A stretch of 64,000 nucleotides of DNA from Sphagnum compactum (Eukaryota). Each line of letters starts with the position of its first letter. Position 1 is the first letter of the stretch. Positions 1-13,090 of this stretch are shown here, in pieces. Made by a program: the position numbers and the translations under genes. The notes beneath the pieces are model-generated. The model was not told the DNA's origin. It made no database searches and worked only from the letters and a program-made list of their open reading frames with translations. The DNA is taken from the NCBI GenBank assembly GCA_965153455.1, contig OZ234493.1, positions 1 through 64,000 of the forward strand, in the 5' to 3' direction.

Positions 1-2344
1 TTCATACTATTTTTTATTCTTCTACTTCTCTTTCGAAGGTAATTTTGGGTTGGTTATTGTAATTGTTCTATTGCAAGAGATGTTTAAGGCCCACAAGACC
101 CATGACCAATTTCATCATCCAATTTTCAGTTTGTTTTGGGTTTTGTTGGATAAACCCCAACTTAGTTAGCAAATGAGTGGCTAGTGAAGTTTAAAGCTTT
201 TGAGTAATCTTGGAGGAAAAGATTGTTGCCCATGACTACCTACCTATCTACTTGCTCATGAGGATTTACTAACCTAACTATGACTATTTATTTATTACTT
301 GCTCATAATTACCAACCTACCTTGCAATAACTTCATTCATATACATATTGCATTTTCTAAGTTTGTCTATATGCACTTCCAAGCTACATTCTACCTCCTC
401 CATCACCTCACTTCACTTCCAAAGGAACACATGCACCTTCACTTCATTTTCAAGTGTGTCTAACTTGAAGTTCATCATCACTTTTTTTTGGTGTTTTTTC
501 AAGCCTTTGTGCCAAACTTTAAAACAACCTAAAGCCTCCTCTTTGGCTTGCCCTTGTGTAAGTCATATGAGTTTCAAAGATCATTTAAAGCTACCTAGTA
601 AGCACCCTTCCATCGTAGGTTCCATTAAAGGTAAGCTTGTGGTGACCTTTTTGTGTTTTTAAAACTTCAAAGGTCATTTTTTGTGTCTGTTTTCTTTGTT
701 GCAAGTGTGGTGGCAACTCCTCAAAGCTTGTCATCATCATTCTTTGTTTTTTTTTTAATAAATTTATGTTGCATGAGTGGCATCGGCTTTCAAGCTTGTT
801 GTCATGTGTTTTGTTTTTGTTTTATGTTTTTTTGTGACACAAGGGCAATGTAATGCTTTAAGTTAGTCAACATTCTATCTAGTTTTTGTTTAGTTCTTGT
901 TGTCGTACAATGTTGATAATAAGCTCCAAGGTCATTATTGTTGTAATTCTTTTTGGTTTATTTGCTACAAGCGCCATGACAACACATTGTGAATTCAACA
1001 TCATCGAGGTTTTTTATTTGGTTGTGTTACAAGGGTAACAATGAGTTTCAAGCTTGTTATCGTTTTTTTTTTGTTTTGCTTAGAAACATGGTTGTAATTA
1101 GCTCTAAACTAATCATTATATCATATTTTGTTTATAATGTGTTACAAATGTGATGGCAAGTTTTAAGCTTCACATTCCTATGTTTTTCATTTTTGGTTGT
1201 TTTATTGTTGTGAGCACAACATTAACAAGCTCTAAGCTCATCATCATCAACACTCCCAAGTGAAAAACACTTTGGGAGTTGTAGTTCTATAAAAGTCCTA
1301 AATTTTTAAAACAAAAGTTTAAATGACATATGATGTCCAAATTAGACCCTCAATATGCTATTGGCAATGTTGTGAAAAATAATTGTCAAAAGTGGGTTCA
1401 CATTTTTCATTTGGAGTTATGAAATAAAAGTTATTGTCAAAATATTAGTCATGAGTCAATTTGGCAATTTAACTCCCAACCATTAAAGGTAAAAAAAAAA
1501 GGATTAAATCACCTTTTAATTGAACATGTGATATGAAATTGGAAAGTCTCTTCAAACGCTACAACTTTCCTTTGAATGTTTTTCAATTAAAGCTTGTATG
1601 TAAGGATCATGAACTCATAAAGTCGTGAGATTAATAACTTCCCAAAATCAAGAATTTTCTAATCCGCCTTTTGGGAGTTTAGGATTCTCAGATATTCTTA
1701 CCATTTTGAGGCACCCCCTAATCCCATAGTATATAGTATAGGAAAAAAAATGGTGGTTCCTCTCCAAGTCTAAGTTGTGGTGTGTTTTATGAAAATTTTC
1801 GTTCACCCATCGTTCATATAGTCACCATTTCAATTCCAACTTGGACTAATTACTTTTTTTTTTTTTTTTTTGCATTCTGAATTAAATATGGGAATTAACA
1901 TTATTTTCACCCCACATGCTATAACCTAAATAAATTCCATGGATTTGAAAATGGAAACATAAATAAATCTAGGCCCCAAGTAGCAAATATGTTCCCTTGT
2001 GTGTATCACTAATAAGCGTCAATAAATACCAAATTCTTTAAAATGTACCAAAATCTTGTCACCATGTTCAATCTTTTTTACTCAGTCATGTTTATCATGT
2101 AAAGACACATTTTTGGAAGATTATGATGGAATCTAAAATTCTAATGGTCTAAAATATGGTAGTTATGAAATATTTCACTTTTTTTTTCATTATTTTTGAT
2201 GGGGATCAAAATATTGGGTAAAAAAGGACTACATTAAGGACTAGGTCTTTTTCATCCCGGGTGGTGCACCTTAATATATGATTTGTGAATTTTCAATGGA
2301 TGAATATTACATGAACTTTCCATTCACAAGTTTTTTTGGATAAA

Positions 2345-2735
2345 ATTTCAAGGATGAATGACAAATTTCCGTGAATGATGAAATTCACTTGATGAAATAA
2401 ACTTTAGATCACCGAAATGTCATTAAAAATTTTATGTCATTGATGGAATGTAATTCATTCACAATTTGATTTCATCTTTTATGATTAATCCAATTTTTGT
2501 GGATGATGAAATTCACTTGATGAAATGAAGTTTAGATCCGTGAAATCTCATTAAAAGTTATATGTTAGTGATGAAATATAATTCATTCACAGTTTGATTT
2601 CATCCATAGGGATTCATCCAAATTTTATGGATGATGAAATTCACTTGATGAAATGAAGTTCAGATGCATGAAATGTCATTAAAATTTTTATATCATTGAT
2701 GAAAAGTATCCCATTCATAGTTTGATTCCATTAAT
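2345..2735. repeat. Tandem repeat, 128-bp unit, about 3 copies, directly downstream of the NLR stop codon
   Basis: GATGAAATTCACTTGATGAAAT recurs at 2377, 2505 and 2633 (period 128). Confidence 0.85.
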
Positions 2736-2737
2736 AT

Positions 2738-5700
2738 TCATCTCCATCGAGAACGATATCGGATGTCAAACCTCCTCCATATTGAGGACTTTTCACAATA
2801 TGTCCTGCAAGAGTCTTGAAGTGTTAGATCACAGTCTATCACAATCAACTCCCTCAAGCTGGTCAGGAGCTCCAAAGAGCGAGGCAAGGTTCGAAGACAT
2901 CTACAGCCACTGAAATCTAGTCTTCGCAGTTTAGGCAGAGCACCTTCATCCACTTCTGGAAATTCCACAAGCGTCGACCACCCATATAGTTCAAATTTTA
3001 TCAGAGCTGGAAAAGCACCACAACATGTGAAGGACCTTGGAAGATATTCCAAACCTTTGATGCCGCCTAAATAAAGTTTTTGAAGTTGTATGAGCCCATA
3101 TGGCATCTCAGCTGGGATGGTTTTGAGGTTCCAGAATAACCCTAGAATCTTAAGCTTTGTAAGTCCAGATATATTGTGAGGCACCTCCACCGCTGGACCA
3201 TTTTCTCCAGAAATGGTAAGTTCTGTGAGAAGAACCAACCCACATATGTCTTCCAACGAAGCTCCAATGGTTGGATATACATCACCCAAAGATTCTGCTC
3301 TTGCCATGCCTGATGATGTATGTTCAGCCCATGTCAACTTGTCACAACCTGTTGTGTATAATATTTGCAATGATGTGAGGCCAACCACTCCAGAAGGGAG
3401 ATAATTCAACATCCGGCAAGAAAAGAGATTTAGACATTTCAGCGCATGTAGTTTCCCTACTGCGTCTGGTAAACTCTGTAGATTACCACAATAAGAGAGG
3501 TTAAGATAAACCAAATCCTTAAGATCACCAAGTTCCTCAGGTAGATTCGAAAACTCTCCTCCCCTTAGATCCAGAACCCTCAGTTTTCGAAAATTGCTCA
3601 AGAAACTCTCTGGTACAAACCGTATTGGATTTCCACCAAGTAGTAGAGACACCAATTCAGGTGCATCAAAACTCCCAGGAAGTGTCTTCAACTTGTTTCT
3701 CCTCAATGATAGTCTCAGAGCTTTGGATATTGCTTTCCACTCTCGGGGGATTTCTTCCAAATTTTGACCTGCTCGATAAAGATAAAGCTGTTTTGCAGGG
3801 GGTGTGCCACTGTCATTTTCCAGTATGTAGAAAGTCAAATCTCTCATCAAACCATGTAACTTGAACGTCAGAAAATCATTTTCACATGAGACCTCTGCAT
3901 TTGACTGAATGAATGATCGCCTCCACAACTTATCTAACAAGGAAAATGCATCCGCTCTTGGATCATCTCCACCATTTCCAGGAACCAACCCCTCCCCTAT
4001 CCAATCACACAAAATCTCAGGAAAAAAAATCTCACAATCTTCAGGACATGCTGCAAAGTAAAGAAAACAGTCCTTCAAGCGCCAATCATCCTCCAATAGA
4101 AGATCATAGCCAAGCTTCAAACGCTCATACAACCCCTCTTCAACAGTCCTCCCTTGCATGCGCGATTCCTTTAGCTTCTTCAATAGTGGCTCCCATTGAA
4201 GTTCAGGTGAGGTCTTTCCAAACATTGCTCTGCCTATAACCTTCAGAGCTAATGGAAGACCTCGACACTCCTCAGCCATGGACTGTGCCAATGCCTTTAA
4301 TTCACGCGGAACAGGTGGTCTGAATGCATGCACACAAAAAAGGCTCCAACTATCCTGCTCTGAAAGAGGAGTCATATGCTCTTGGTTTATGTGTGGACTT
4401 GCTCTTTCCAATAAAGACTGGTTTCTAGTAGTCAACAATGTGACACTTCCATCTCCCTTGGCTAAGTCAAGTGAATCAAATGCTTTGTCTTTCCAAACAT
4501 CATCCAAAACCAGGAACACTCTTTTCCCTCTAAACTGAGAGTGTAATTTGAGCTTGTAATCCTCTGCGTTCGCATTTGATTCTGGTTTGATACCCAGTTC
4601 TTTACTCAGCCTCCGATATAGGACCATTATGTTAGGAGTTTGCCCCACAGTGAGCCAAATGAACATTGCTCCTTGAAAATGGCCATGTACCTTTGGGCTC
4701 CCATACACTCTTTGAAGAAGAAGAGTTTTCCCAACTCCACCCATGCCGCATATTCCCACATAGTGAGGAGCTGCATTCCTTCCTTCTGAGGTGACCAATG
4801 TTTCTACCCTCTCCACATAGCTCTTCAGACCAAACGTTGGTTGAGGCAAGTCATGAACCTCTCGTAAAGGTTGATCACATTCTCTTGCCACCTTCAGATT
4901 CAACATACAACCATCAAAAGGTTAGCCCATTTGTTGCTCGTAGAAAAAATATTAATACATCATTACTGACTTAAGGTGAATACTCTATACCAAGGAAATT
5001 TGCATGCAGTAATCAAATTACACAATCATAATTCATCAAAATCTCAAGCATTCTTGCTTACCTCCTAACAGAAAAATTTAATTGCATTTTATATAGTCGG
5101 TAATGCTTCAATCTTAATATCGAAAAAACTAGGTTATTGAAACTCACCTTTGCACAAGTAATGATAAATTGTAGAAGCAACCCATAGCTGGGATGTTCTT
5201 TACTTGGAGGCTTGCACACCTCCATGTGATCCGCATCCTCAACCATGTAAGAATTATTTCCTGCTGATCGTTGTGCGGAGCTAAAATCCACCAAAATTCC
5301 CTAGTCCAGTGATAGAACGCAAATTGCACATTTCAACACCAAACAACATCAAAGCATCACAGGTGTTTGGTTGGGAAAAAACAATTTCATCCAACACATA
5401 CGTACCACTTGCTTCATTGGCCTGCCCTCACAAAAAGCATATATATTGATGTTATTTTCATTGACAATGTAATCAAAATCCACTGATAACTGTTCCATAT
5501 CTCGTTGCCAGGGTTGAATGTTATGCATTATTCCAGGACGATGTCTGTTGTTGCATCTCAACAACTTCTTCACATATTCAGCAATATTGCTTGATCCAGC
5601 ATGTGGAACAGCATACAAAGCCACCCCTCTCACATTCCTCAAAAACACTTTGGCATGCTGCACTGTAGCTTCGGACCAGGAATTGGTAGGATTTCGGATG

Positions 5701-6836
5701 GTTGATTCTCTCTTCAATTTTACAACCAAGCTCTTCAACACCAACCCTCCAAAACTATGGCCTATTAACACAATAGGATGATCCCATTCATACCTGCACA
5801 AAACATATTCATTTGCTATGCTGATTTTGCAGCAAATACTTAATTGACTTGTACATTTCATATTAGTTAAGTCTATATTTATGTGTGACTGAAATATATC
5901 TTGGAGTGCACACCTCTGACATTATTCAAAAAAACTGTTCCACACTCCAGCACCGCAGCTCTCCTCATGGCATTTTCAGAATTTAGAAAATCAAAGCCCT
6001 TTCCACTTTCAAAACCAATCTTTTTAACAGCAATCTTTAAAAACATAGCCTATTTTCACAAATAAGGATGATTCCATTCAACCTGCACAATACATTACTG
6101 TGCTATGTTCATTTTCCAGGAAGCATTGCAACACCATCTATAACTGCCTGATATAGTACCGCTGATAAGCATGCAGATTTTCTATACAATTGAGAGATGA
6201 CCAAATGGTTGGGTTACAAATCTTATATCTGAAAGTTTTAGTTGCTTGACATATTTGTGACTGAAACCACTACATCTGCCCAAGCATGCCATTTTGACAA
6301 TGAAAGAGAGGTGACTTTGTACCTAGGATTCATGAGAGTCTGGAATAGGTTATGTGCAATCTCTGATACGTGATTATGAGGGGAGGTTGCTACATGTGCA
6401 TCGTATGATAGGGAGAAAATGCGCACAGCTTCCCCCAAATCAAATGGCAGCCATTTTTGAGGCCAACATACATTATGATGACCTCGTGCTGTCCATGTGC
6501 TCCTCCAGGCATCACTACTGTCATTTGCAGTGAATTGGAGCCCATGGAACAACACCACATCGAATTCAGTCCTTTGCTTGCCTCCGGAATGTGGCCATAG
6601 CTGATGCACTGGCCAATCACTCTGCCACCAAAATTCCACATTCAAAACATTCCACAATAACCAAAGTCCAAATCACAGCACCAATAAGTTTCTGAAATTT
6701 GCTGAGAGGACAGGCCACCAATTGATTTATGAAGGTAATAGAATGGGCGATTCGAACCCAAATGCTTGGAAATAAATTAGTATCACAGAGTGCACCAATC
6801 TACAAGGTGAAAGGAACTCACAGAACTAGCGGCCAT
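2738..6836 (-). CDS. Alpha/beta-hydrolase-NB-ARC-LRR (HNL-type) NLR immune receptor, 5 coding exons, 1002 aa
   Basis: Exons complement(6836-6822, 6621-6323, 5793-5406, 5300-5148, 4891-2738), all introns GT..AG, phases 0/2/0/0, total 3009 nt open. Hydrolase motifs: DVVLFHGL, CWPQKWLP, nucleophile elbow GHSFGG, DADHMEVCKP. NB-ARC motifs: GMGGVGKT, LVLDDVW, LLTTRN, GLPLAL, CFLYFA, LHG at the MHD position. These are followed by LxxLxL LRRs. Confidence 0.92.
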
Positions 6837-9672
6837 GATGATCAGGATCGCTTATCAGTTATACATCAATCCACGATATGGTAACAGTCATAGATACCAT
6901 GTGCCTTAGTAGTGTCATTAATTCGTAAACTGCCATTCAACTTTTTTTTAAAGAGCTGAAAGCAATCTAAAAATCCTCAGTGCTTGTATAAGTGGCTCTC
7001 ATAACATATAAGAGGAGGGGTGTTGCTCTCAAGAACTAATGGCTTTTCATTCTTCATTGAATTGATAGGTGAAAAACAGCATGTTGGGAGCTGCCATACA
7101 AATGGTGGTGTTGCTCTCGAGTGTCCATTTTCCTTTCATCCACACAAGAAGGGGAGAAAATCCCTGACAAACCTGTGCAATTACAAAGATCATACCCTGT
7201 TGCACATTGTTGAACTCTTCTTTCAACACCCAATCAAACAATAGAGAGTCAATTTGTAGCCTCTGTCCCCTAGCCACAGATCAATATACAGTACCATTCC
7301 AAAAGTCAGACTCTACACATTATTTGGAAAAAACCTGAAGGGTGAGAAAACAATACATAGTATTTTGTTCCACTGGTTTTTAGGCCTTGAGTGATTGGTT
7401 TTGCTGACATGATTAGTAGACATTTGTTGACTGTTAAACAACAAATTACTCAGATGTGATCAAAAGTTCACAAATCATTAGACCCTAAGCAAGAGATGTT
7501 CGGCGAAAAATACCTCAAGAAACAGAGTCCAGCACCCCAAAATGTTGCATCATCACGAACAATATCTGAAATTCCTGAGTCTGGAACCAGCATAAGAAGG
7601 AGTAGCCATTAACAGATGACAGGCCGAAAACTTGCTATTGAATTTCAACAACACCCTAATCTCTTCAAAAAGAAACTCATATGCTAGTACCTCAAAAATT
7701 GCACGCATGGAGGGAGGTTCAATCCTGCTCCTGCAACGGTAATCTGTAGAAGACAAGCCTTCAAATAGTTCAAGGTCCTTGAGCAACAACAGGTAGGACT
7801 CCCTCGTTCTGGAATGGGATTTCAGGAACTCTCAAAACTAAGTGACATTGGAGAGCAATTTTCTGAACTGATCCACCAGATTCCAAATGTTCCGCAAACG
7901 ATCAATGCACAACCAACAAGAAAACATGACGGTAGGAGTCCATCTAGCAGAATATCACCAATTGTGGTTTTGCAGATGCCCTAGAAAAGAAAGTTGCTTG
8001 CAAGCTGGTGGCATACCAGAGAGATGGTCATCGGCTGCCAGAGTGCAGACTCCAGAGTAGTCAGAGTCCAAAACTAATAGCAAACCTTCAAAATAACGAG
8101 AGTTGGGAGCTATGGACGCTGTACTGAAAACTATCGAACTTAGCAAGATACCTACCACTGGTTCTATTATAACCTCCCAGGGGAAACACTGGTCCAAAGC
8201 AGCAAGACACACGGAACCTCTTCAAACTTCAAGAAACCCCCAACCTATGTGAAGTGTGCACGGATGTTTACAATATGCAACAGCAATCGTCACATCTCCG
8301 AAACAATCTCCACATCGTCTAGGGCAATCGAGCGCGTGAGAGGAATTGACAGACAGTGGCGGGAGCGAAGAAAAATGTCGGAAGAGATAAAGAGAAACCA
8401 AAAAGTCTACAAAGTGCAGGTATTAGGGTACCGAGACAAAAAACAATTGCTTGCTACGCTAGGGAGAACGCTGGATCTAAAAGTCACCTCTTGGGGATGT
8501 GGAAAACGCAGTCAGCTCATGGAGACCCCACATTTCTCCTTCCTTCCGTCTCTTGCCGCGTCCTGCGTAGGCCTGTTTATATTTTTAAAATTTTCTAAAC
8601 TGGAAAATTTGGCGATAAAATTAGTCGAAATTGGTTCAGAAAAACACAAATTTCTCAACCTTTTTTGTGAAAAAGGGGAAATTTTGTTTTTAAAAAACAC
8701 TGAAGTTTACTGTATAGGTAGTCTTGCTCCCTACGGCGCTGTAAGGTTCTCAACTGCGTTTTTCTTCTCAATTTTGTGATGTCAAAAATTTGCCAAACTG
8801 TTCCACAAAATTAGGAAAATTAGTCAGAATTACTGCTGTTTTTTCTTTAAAAACATTTGTGAAGTTGGAATGTTGGCAATCATGCATGAGACGGTTTAGC
8901 CAAATTGGGCTAATAGTCCCACGGGGAAGTAGAATATCCTAAGATTCCTCCTCTAATTTGGAGGTCCCATTCTTTAAATATTAAATACTTTTTATCCCCT
9001 CATAATGTGGCGACTTCCATTCCAAAGAACACATTTTCCCAAAGTTTTCCCAATCTTTTTGGGGAAAACATTTGTTGCAATTCCTCCATGCAGTTTTGTG
9101 TTCCAGCTTTTATTAGAACCCAATGGACTTGGGACTCATCCAAGTTTATACAATGTCAATTTAAATGTTTTATAATAAAGTATACTTGATTTTTTAAAAA
9201 TCCAAATATTATGATCCGCCCATTTCTTTTCATTATTTGTATCACTGATTTATAAGTTGTAAGAAAATCGTTGTCATTAATTTTAAGTAGGACAATTTTA
9301 GGTTTCATAAGTTGTCCCTTGAAACAATTCCAAACTAGAATTTGTTTCGCCTATTCTAAAGTGAGGCATGGAAAAAAGTCTTTTCAGATTCTATTGCTTT
9401 AACTCTTCTTTTCAACACCATATTCACAACTAAATTTTCAATATTTATGTGTCTCATTTCTTTTCAACATTTAATTCAAGTTGCATTTGCATTACATCGT
9501 TCTTCATGCCTCTGATAACTAGATTAGAATTTGGTCAAAAATAATGGGAAATAATCACAACACGTATAAAATTGTTCCTCAAATAAAAGTGTATCCATTT
9601 ATTATATATTTCATTTGTTAATTGTGTTCAGATCACAATGACGTTAGGATATGTTACGTGTGACCACACTTA

Positions 9673-10017
9673 GGCCCGCCTTACACTAGGAGTCACGGAA
9701 AATGTTGAAGCCAAATCCAGCATTCCTATTGGTGTAAAAGTTGAAACCAGCCCCAAGGGCTTTACACTAGGTGTCAAGGTTCAAATAGAAAAAAAACTTT
9801 TCAATCTCCCCCAAGTAGTAATAAATGCTGAACTTTATGGCCTTGTATTGGCCCCAAGGCTGAAAAAAAGATACCATCAAATTTGGGAGGCCAATTTCCA
9901 ACCCCTGGGGTTAATGTTCAAGCATTGATTAGTAACTTGGGGCCAATTCGCAAACCAAAAATGCTCAAAGTTGGCCCCAAGTTTTTTTGGGCCCTGCCTC
10001 CTAGTGTAAAGCGGGCC
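9673..10017. mobile_element. PIF/Harbinger-type MITE (345 bp)
   Basis: TIRs GGCCCGCCTTACACTAGGAG (9673) and CTCCTAGTGTAAAGCGGGCC (ends 10017) match at 19/20. TTA target-site duplication at 9670-9672 and 10018-10020. Confidence 0.88.
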
Positions 10018-10577
10018 TTATGCAACCCACGTAGTTTTCATTGTTAATGTTTCCTGCAACTATTTTTTAATCAAAAATTGCATTTTTATTTTTATTTTAT
10101 TTTATTTTCTAGTGCCCCTCCCTTCGCCCATTCTTTTTGTGTGGGAAAAAAAAAATCCCAAATGCATTGGAAATTGTTTAACAGAAATTCAGCCTCAATG
10201 CACTCAAGCCCCCACAGAAAAAAGGCTTCAGAACTCATCTCAAACAAAAGAAAACCTGAAAAGACCCGCATCCTACCAAGTTGGATTTTCAAAATTCCAA
10301 CCAATTACATGATCTAGGGCACAATGCAAAGGGACAACTGACAATTAGTTACATGCTAGCCAAGTTATTTTCTCAAAAAGTTGATTCAAATTTTAGAGAA
10401 ATGAAAAAAATTATTTAATAGTAACATTCAGGTATGTTGCAACCATCAGCTCTTGGGTTTGTATATATGCCCTTCAGACTGCAACTTCATATTGTGCCTC
10501 TCTCACTGGCTGGCTCCCATCACGCAGTGTATTTCCTCATCTTTTTTTCTTTTGAGTTGGAAATTATTGAATTGCAG

Positions 10578-10645
10578 TCAGCAGCAGATTACTACAACTC
10601 TGACCTGAATCCTATCCAATCTGGCTGTTGCCGACAACCAACAGA
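10578..10645 (+). pseudogene. Isolated tetraspanin exon fragment
   Basis: CAG|SAADYYNSDLNPIQSGCCRQPT|GTGAG matches the plant tetraspanin SGCC(K/R)PP signature. No other exons are recognisable nearby. Confidence 0.6.
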
Positions 10646-10813
10646 GTGAGATTTCTAATGCAGTTAGCACATTCATGGCTTTGCTTTTACTGGTTTGAGT
10701 TGGTTGGGTTTGTTGAAATGTACTATGGAACGGTCGAGCCCTGCCCATTTGTGTTGGGTAAGGCACCCGGTGAACCTGTTAGGGCAAGCTAGGCAACGCA
10801 CCCAACATGATGG

Positions 10814-10925
10814 GCAGACATGACTCTTGCTGGTTTTGATGGGTTTCGAATCCACAGGTCAGACCAGAGTTTCTTATTCTTGGGTGATGGAAGCGAGGAT
10901 GGAAAGTCGCCCAAGGGCACGGTGA
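10814..10925 (+). pseudogene. Fragment of an ANKRD13-like (GPCR-chaperone/DUF3424) gene
   Basis: ADMTLAGFDGFRIHRSDQSFLFLGDGSEDGK is the conserved segment of plant ANKRD13-type proteins; truncated on both sides. Confidence 0.65.
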
Positions 10926-11026
10926 TCGAGCTTCGTCGACTTCATTCTTCGCGCGGGGGGAGTAGATTATTTTTAATTCTTTCTTTTTTGGTTGTCGAGA
11001 GAGATTTCTTCGCGCCAGATCCTGTC

Positions 11027-11248
11027 GTGGATGCGAAGCTCTTGTTGTCTGCAAGTCCACTCCTCCTGCTGCTGCTTTTGCTGTTGCTGCTGTGCATGCA
11101 AGCCTGACCTGTAGTGGAAGGATTGCAGTTGGAGGTGACTGGCAGGACCACCAAGTGCATTGTGGAGGACATTCAGAGTGATGTTCTCGTCATCGATGAT
11201 TACAAGGTCGTCTCCACTTCCCAGGACGACCTTAGTGTAACTGCTAAG
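11027..11248 (+). pseudogene. First exon of a p24/emp24 (GOLD domain) cargo receptor gene with an internal stop
   Basis: Leucine-rich signal peptide, TGA at 11105-11107, then VVEGLQLEVTGRTTKCIVEDIQSDVLVIDDYKVV..TAK ending at a GT donor. Resembles the p24delta N-terminus. Confidence 0.6.
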
Positions 11249-11504
11249 GTTCGCATTCTCTCTGTCTCTCTCGCATTGCTTGTTTTTCGTCTTTTTTTCG
11301 GGTCTCTGTCTATGTGTTTGTGTTGTGGCTTCTTTTTTTCCCCTTGTAAATGAGAGCGATCAGTGTTGTGGTCGTTGCTGCGATCGAGGCGGTCATTGCC
11401 ACCTGAACTTCTGCAATTATTTATTTACTAGTTTTAGCAGGATTTGTGAGACCCTGGGAAGGTAGTTCTTACTCTCACCGGCTCTTAGAGGAACGCGGAT
11501 GGTA

Positions 11505-13090
11505 TTTTCAACCCTGTGTTTTTGAGGGAAGGTCAGGTTTGCTTGATCATCCAACTCTCCCCTTTTTAGTGTGTCCTTTTTTGCAAAGTGTGGCATGTTT
11601 ATTATTTATCGCGGATGCACACCTCCTGACCGGCTGTATGGCATTATAGACCGCTCGATCAGTGATGATCGCGGTCTGTAGGGGCCAATTGGCGAGGGCT
11701 GTATGGCATTGCAGACCGTTCGCGGTCTGTAGGGGCCAATTAGCGTTCAGGAGGTGTTCACCTTCGATTCTTAAAAAATGGAACCTCATGAACCCGTCAC
11801 TTTCAATTTCTCACCGTTTGTATGGTTCCCTTCCGTATTTGTCAACCCCGTGTTCCTGAGGGAAGGTCGGGTTTGCTTGATCATCCAACTCTCCCCTTTT
11901 TAGTGTGTCCTTTTTTGTAAAGTGTGGCATGTTTTTTATTTATCGCGGATGCACACCTACTGACCGGCTGTATGGCATTACAGACTGCTCGATCAGTGAT
12001 GATCGCGGTCTGTAGGGGCCAATTGGCGAGGGCTATATGGCATTGCAGACCGTTCGCGGTCTGTAGGGGCTAATTAGCGTTCAGGAGGTGTTCACTTTCG
12101 ATTCTTAAAAAATGGAACCTCATGAACCCGTCACCTTCAATTTCTCACCGTTTGTATGGTTCCCCTCCGTATTTGTCAACCCTGTGTTTTTGAGGGAAGG
12201 TCGGGTTTGCTTGATCATCCAACTCTCCCCTTTTTAGTGTGTCCTTTTTTGCAAAGTGTGGCATGTTTTTTATTTATCGCGGATGCACACCTCCTGACCG
12301 ACTGTATGGCATTATAGACCGCTCGATCAGTGATGATTGCGGTCTGTAGGGGCCAATTGGCGAGGGCTGTATGGCATTGCAGACCGTTCGCGGTCTGTAG
12401 GGGCCAATTAGCGTTCAGGAGGTGTTCACTTTCGATTCTTAAAAAATGGAACCTCATGAACCCATCATCTTAAATTTTTTACCGTTTGTATGATTTCCCT
12501 CTGTATTTATCAACCTTGTGTTCCTGAAAGAAGGTCGGGTTTGTTTAATCATCTAACTCCTCGCTTCATCATGTCCTTTTCTAAAGAGTGTGGCATGTTT
12601 TTTATTTATCGCCGATGTACACCTCCTGACCGACTGTATGGCATTGCAGACCGTTCGATCAGTGTTGATCACGGTCTGTACGCGCCAATTGGCGTGGGCT
12701 GTATGGCATTACAGACCGTTCGATCAGTGTTTATCGCGGTCTGTACGGGCCAATTAGCATTTAGGAGGTGTTCACCTTCGATTGTTAAAAAATAGAACCT
12801 CATAAACCTGTCATCTTAAATTTTTCACCAATTGTATGATTTCCCTCTGTATATGTCAACCCTGTGTTCCTGAGAGAAGGTTGGGTTTGCTTGATCATCT
12901 AACCCCCCACTTTAGCGTGTCCCTCTCTATAGAGTGTGGCATGTTTTTTATTTATCGCCGATATACACCTTCTGACTGGCTGTATGGCATTACAAACCGT
13001 TCGATAAGTGTTAATCGCGGCCAGTATGGGCCAATTGGCATGAGCTGTATGGCATTACAGACCGTTCGATCAGTGTTGATCGCGGTCTAT
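11505..13090. repeat. Tandem array, ~334-bp unit, about 4.7 copies
   Basis: Unit starts CAACCC(T/C)GTGTT..GAAGGTC at ~11509, 11843, 12177, 12511 and 12857. Each unit has internal sub-repeats CGCGGTCTGTAGGGGCCAATT and TATGGCATT. Confidence 0.92.

Noticed and set aside
1-1900. Short ORFs (348-853) and degenerate AT-rich repeat-like DNA
   Set aside because: No recognisable protein motifs. Probably old transposon sequence, but I cannot define ends or family.
7020-8780. Several 70-176-aa ORFs upstream of the NLR
   Set aside because: No coherent domain or splice model; more likely 5' UTR, intron or promoter sequence, or unidentifiable fragments.
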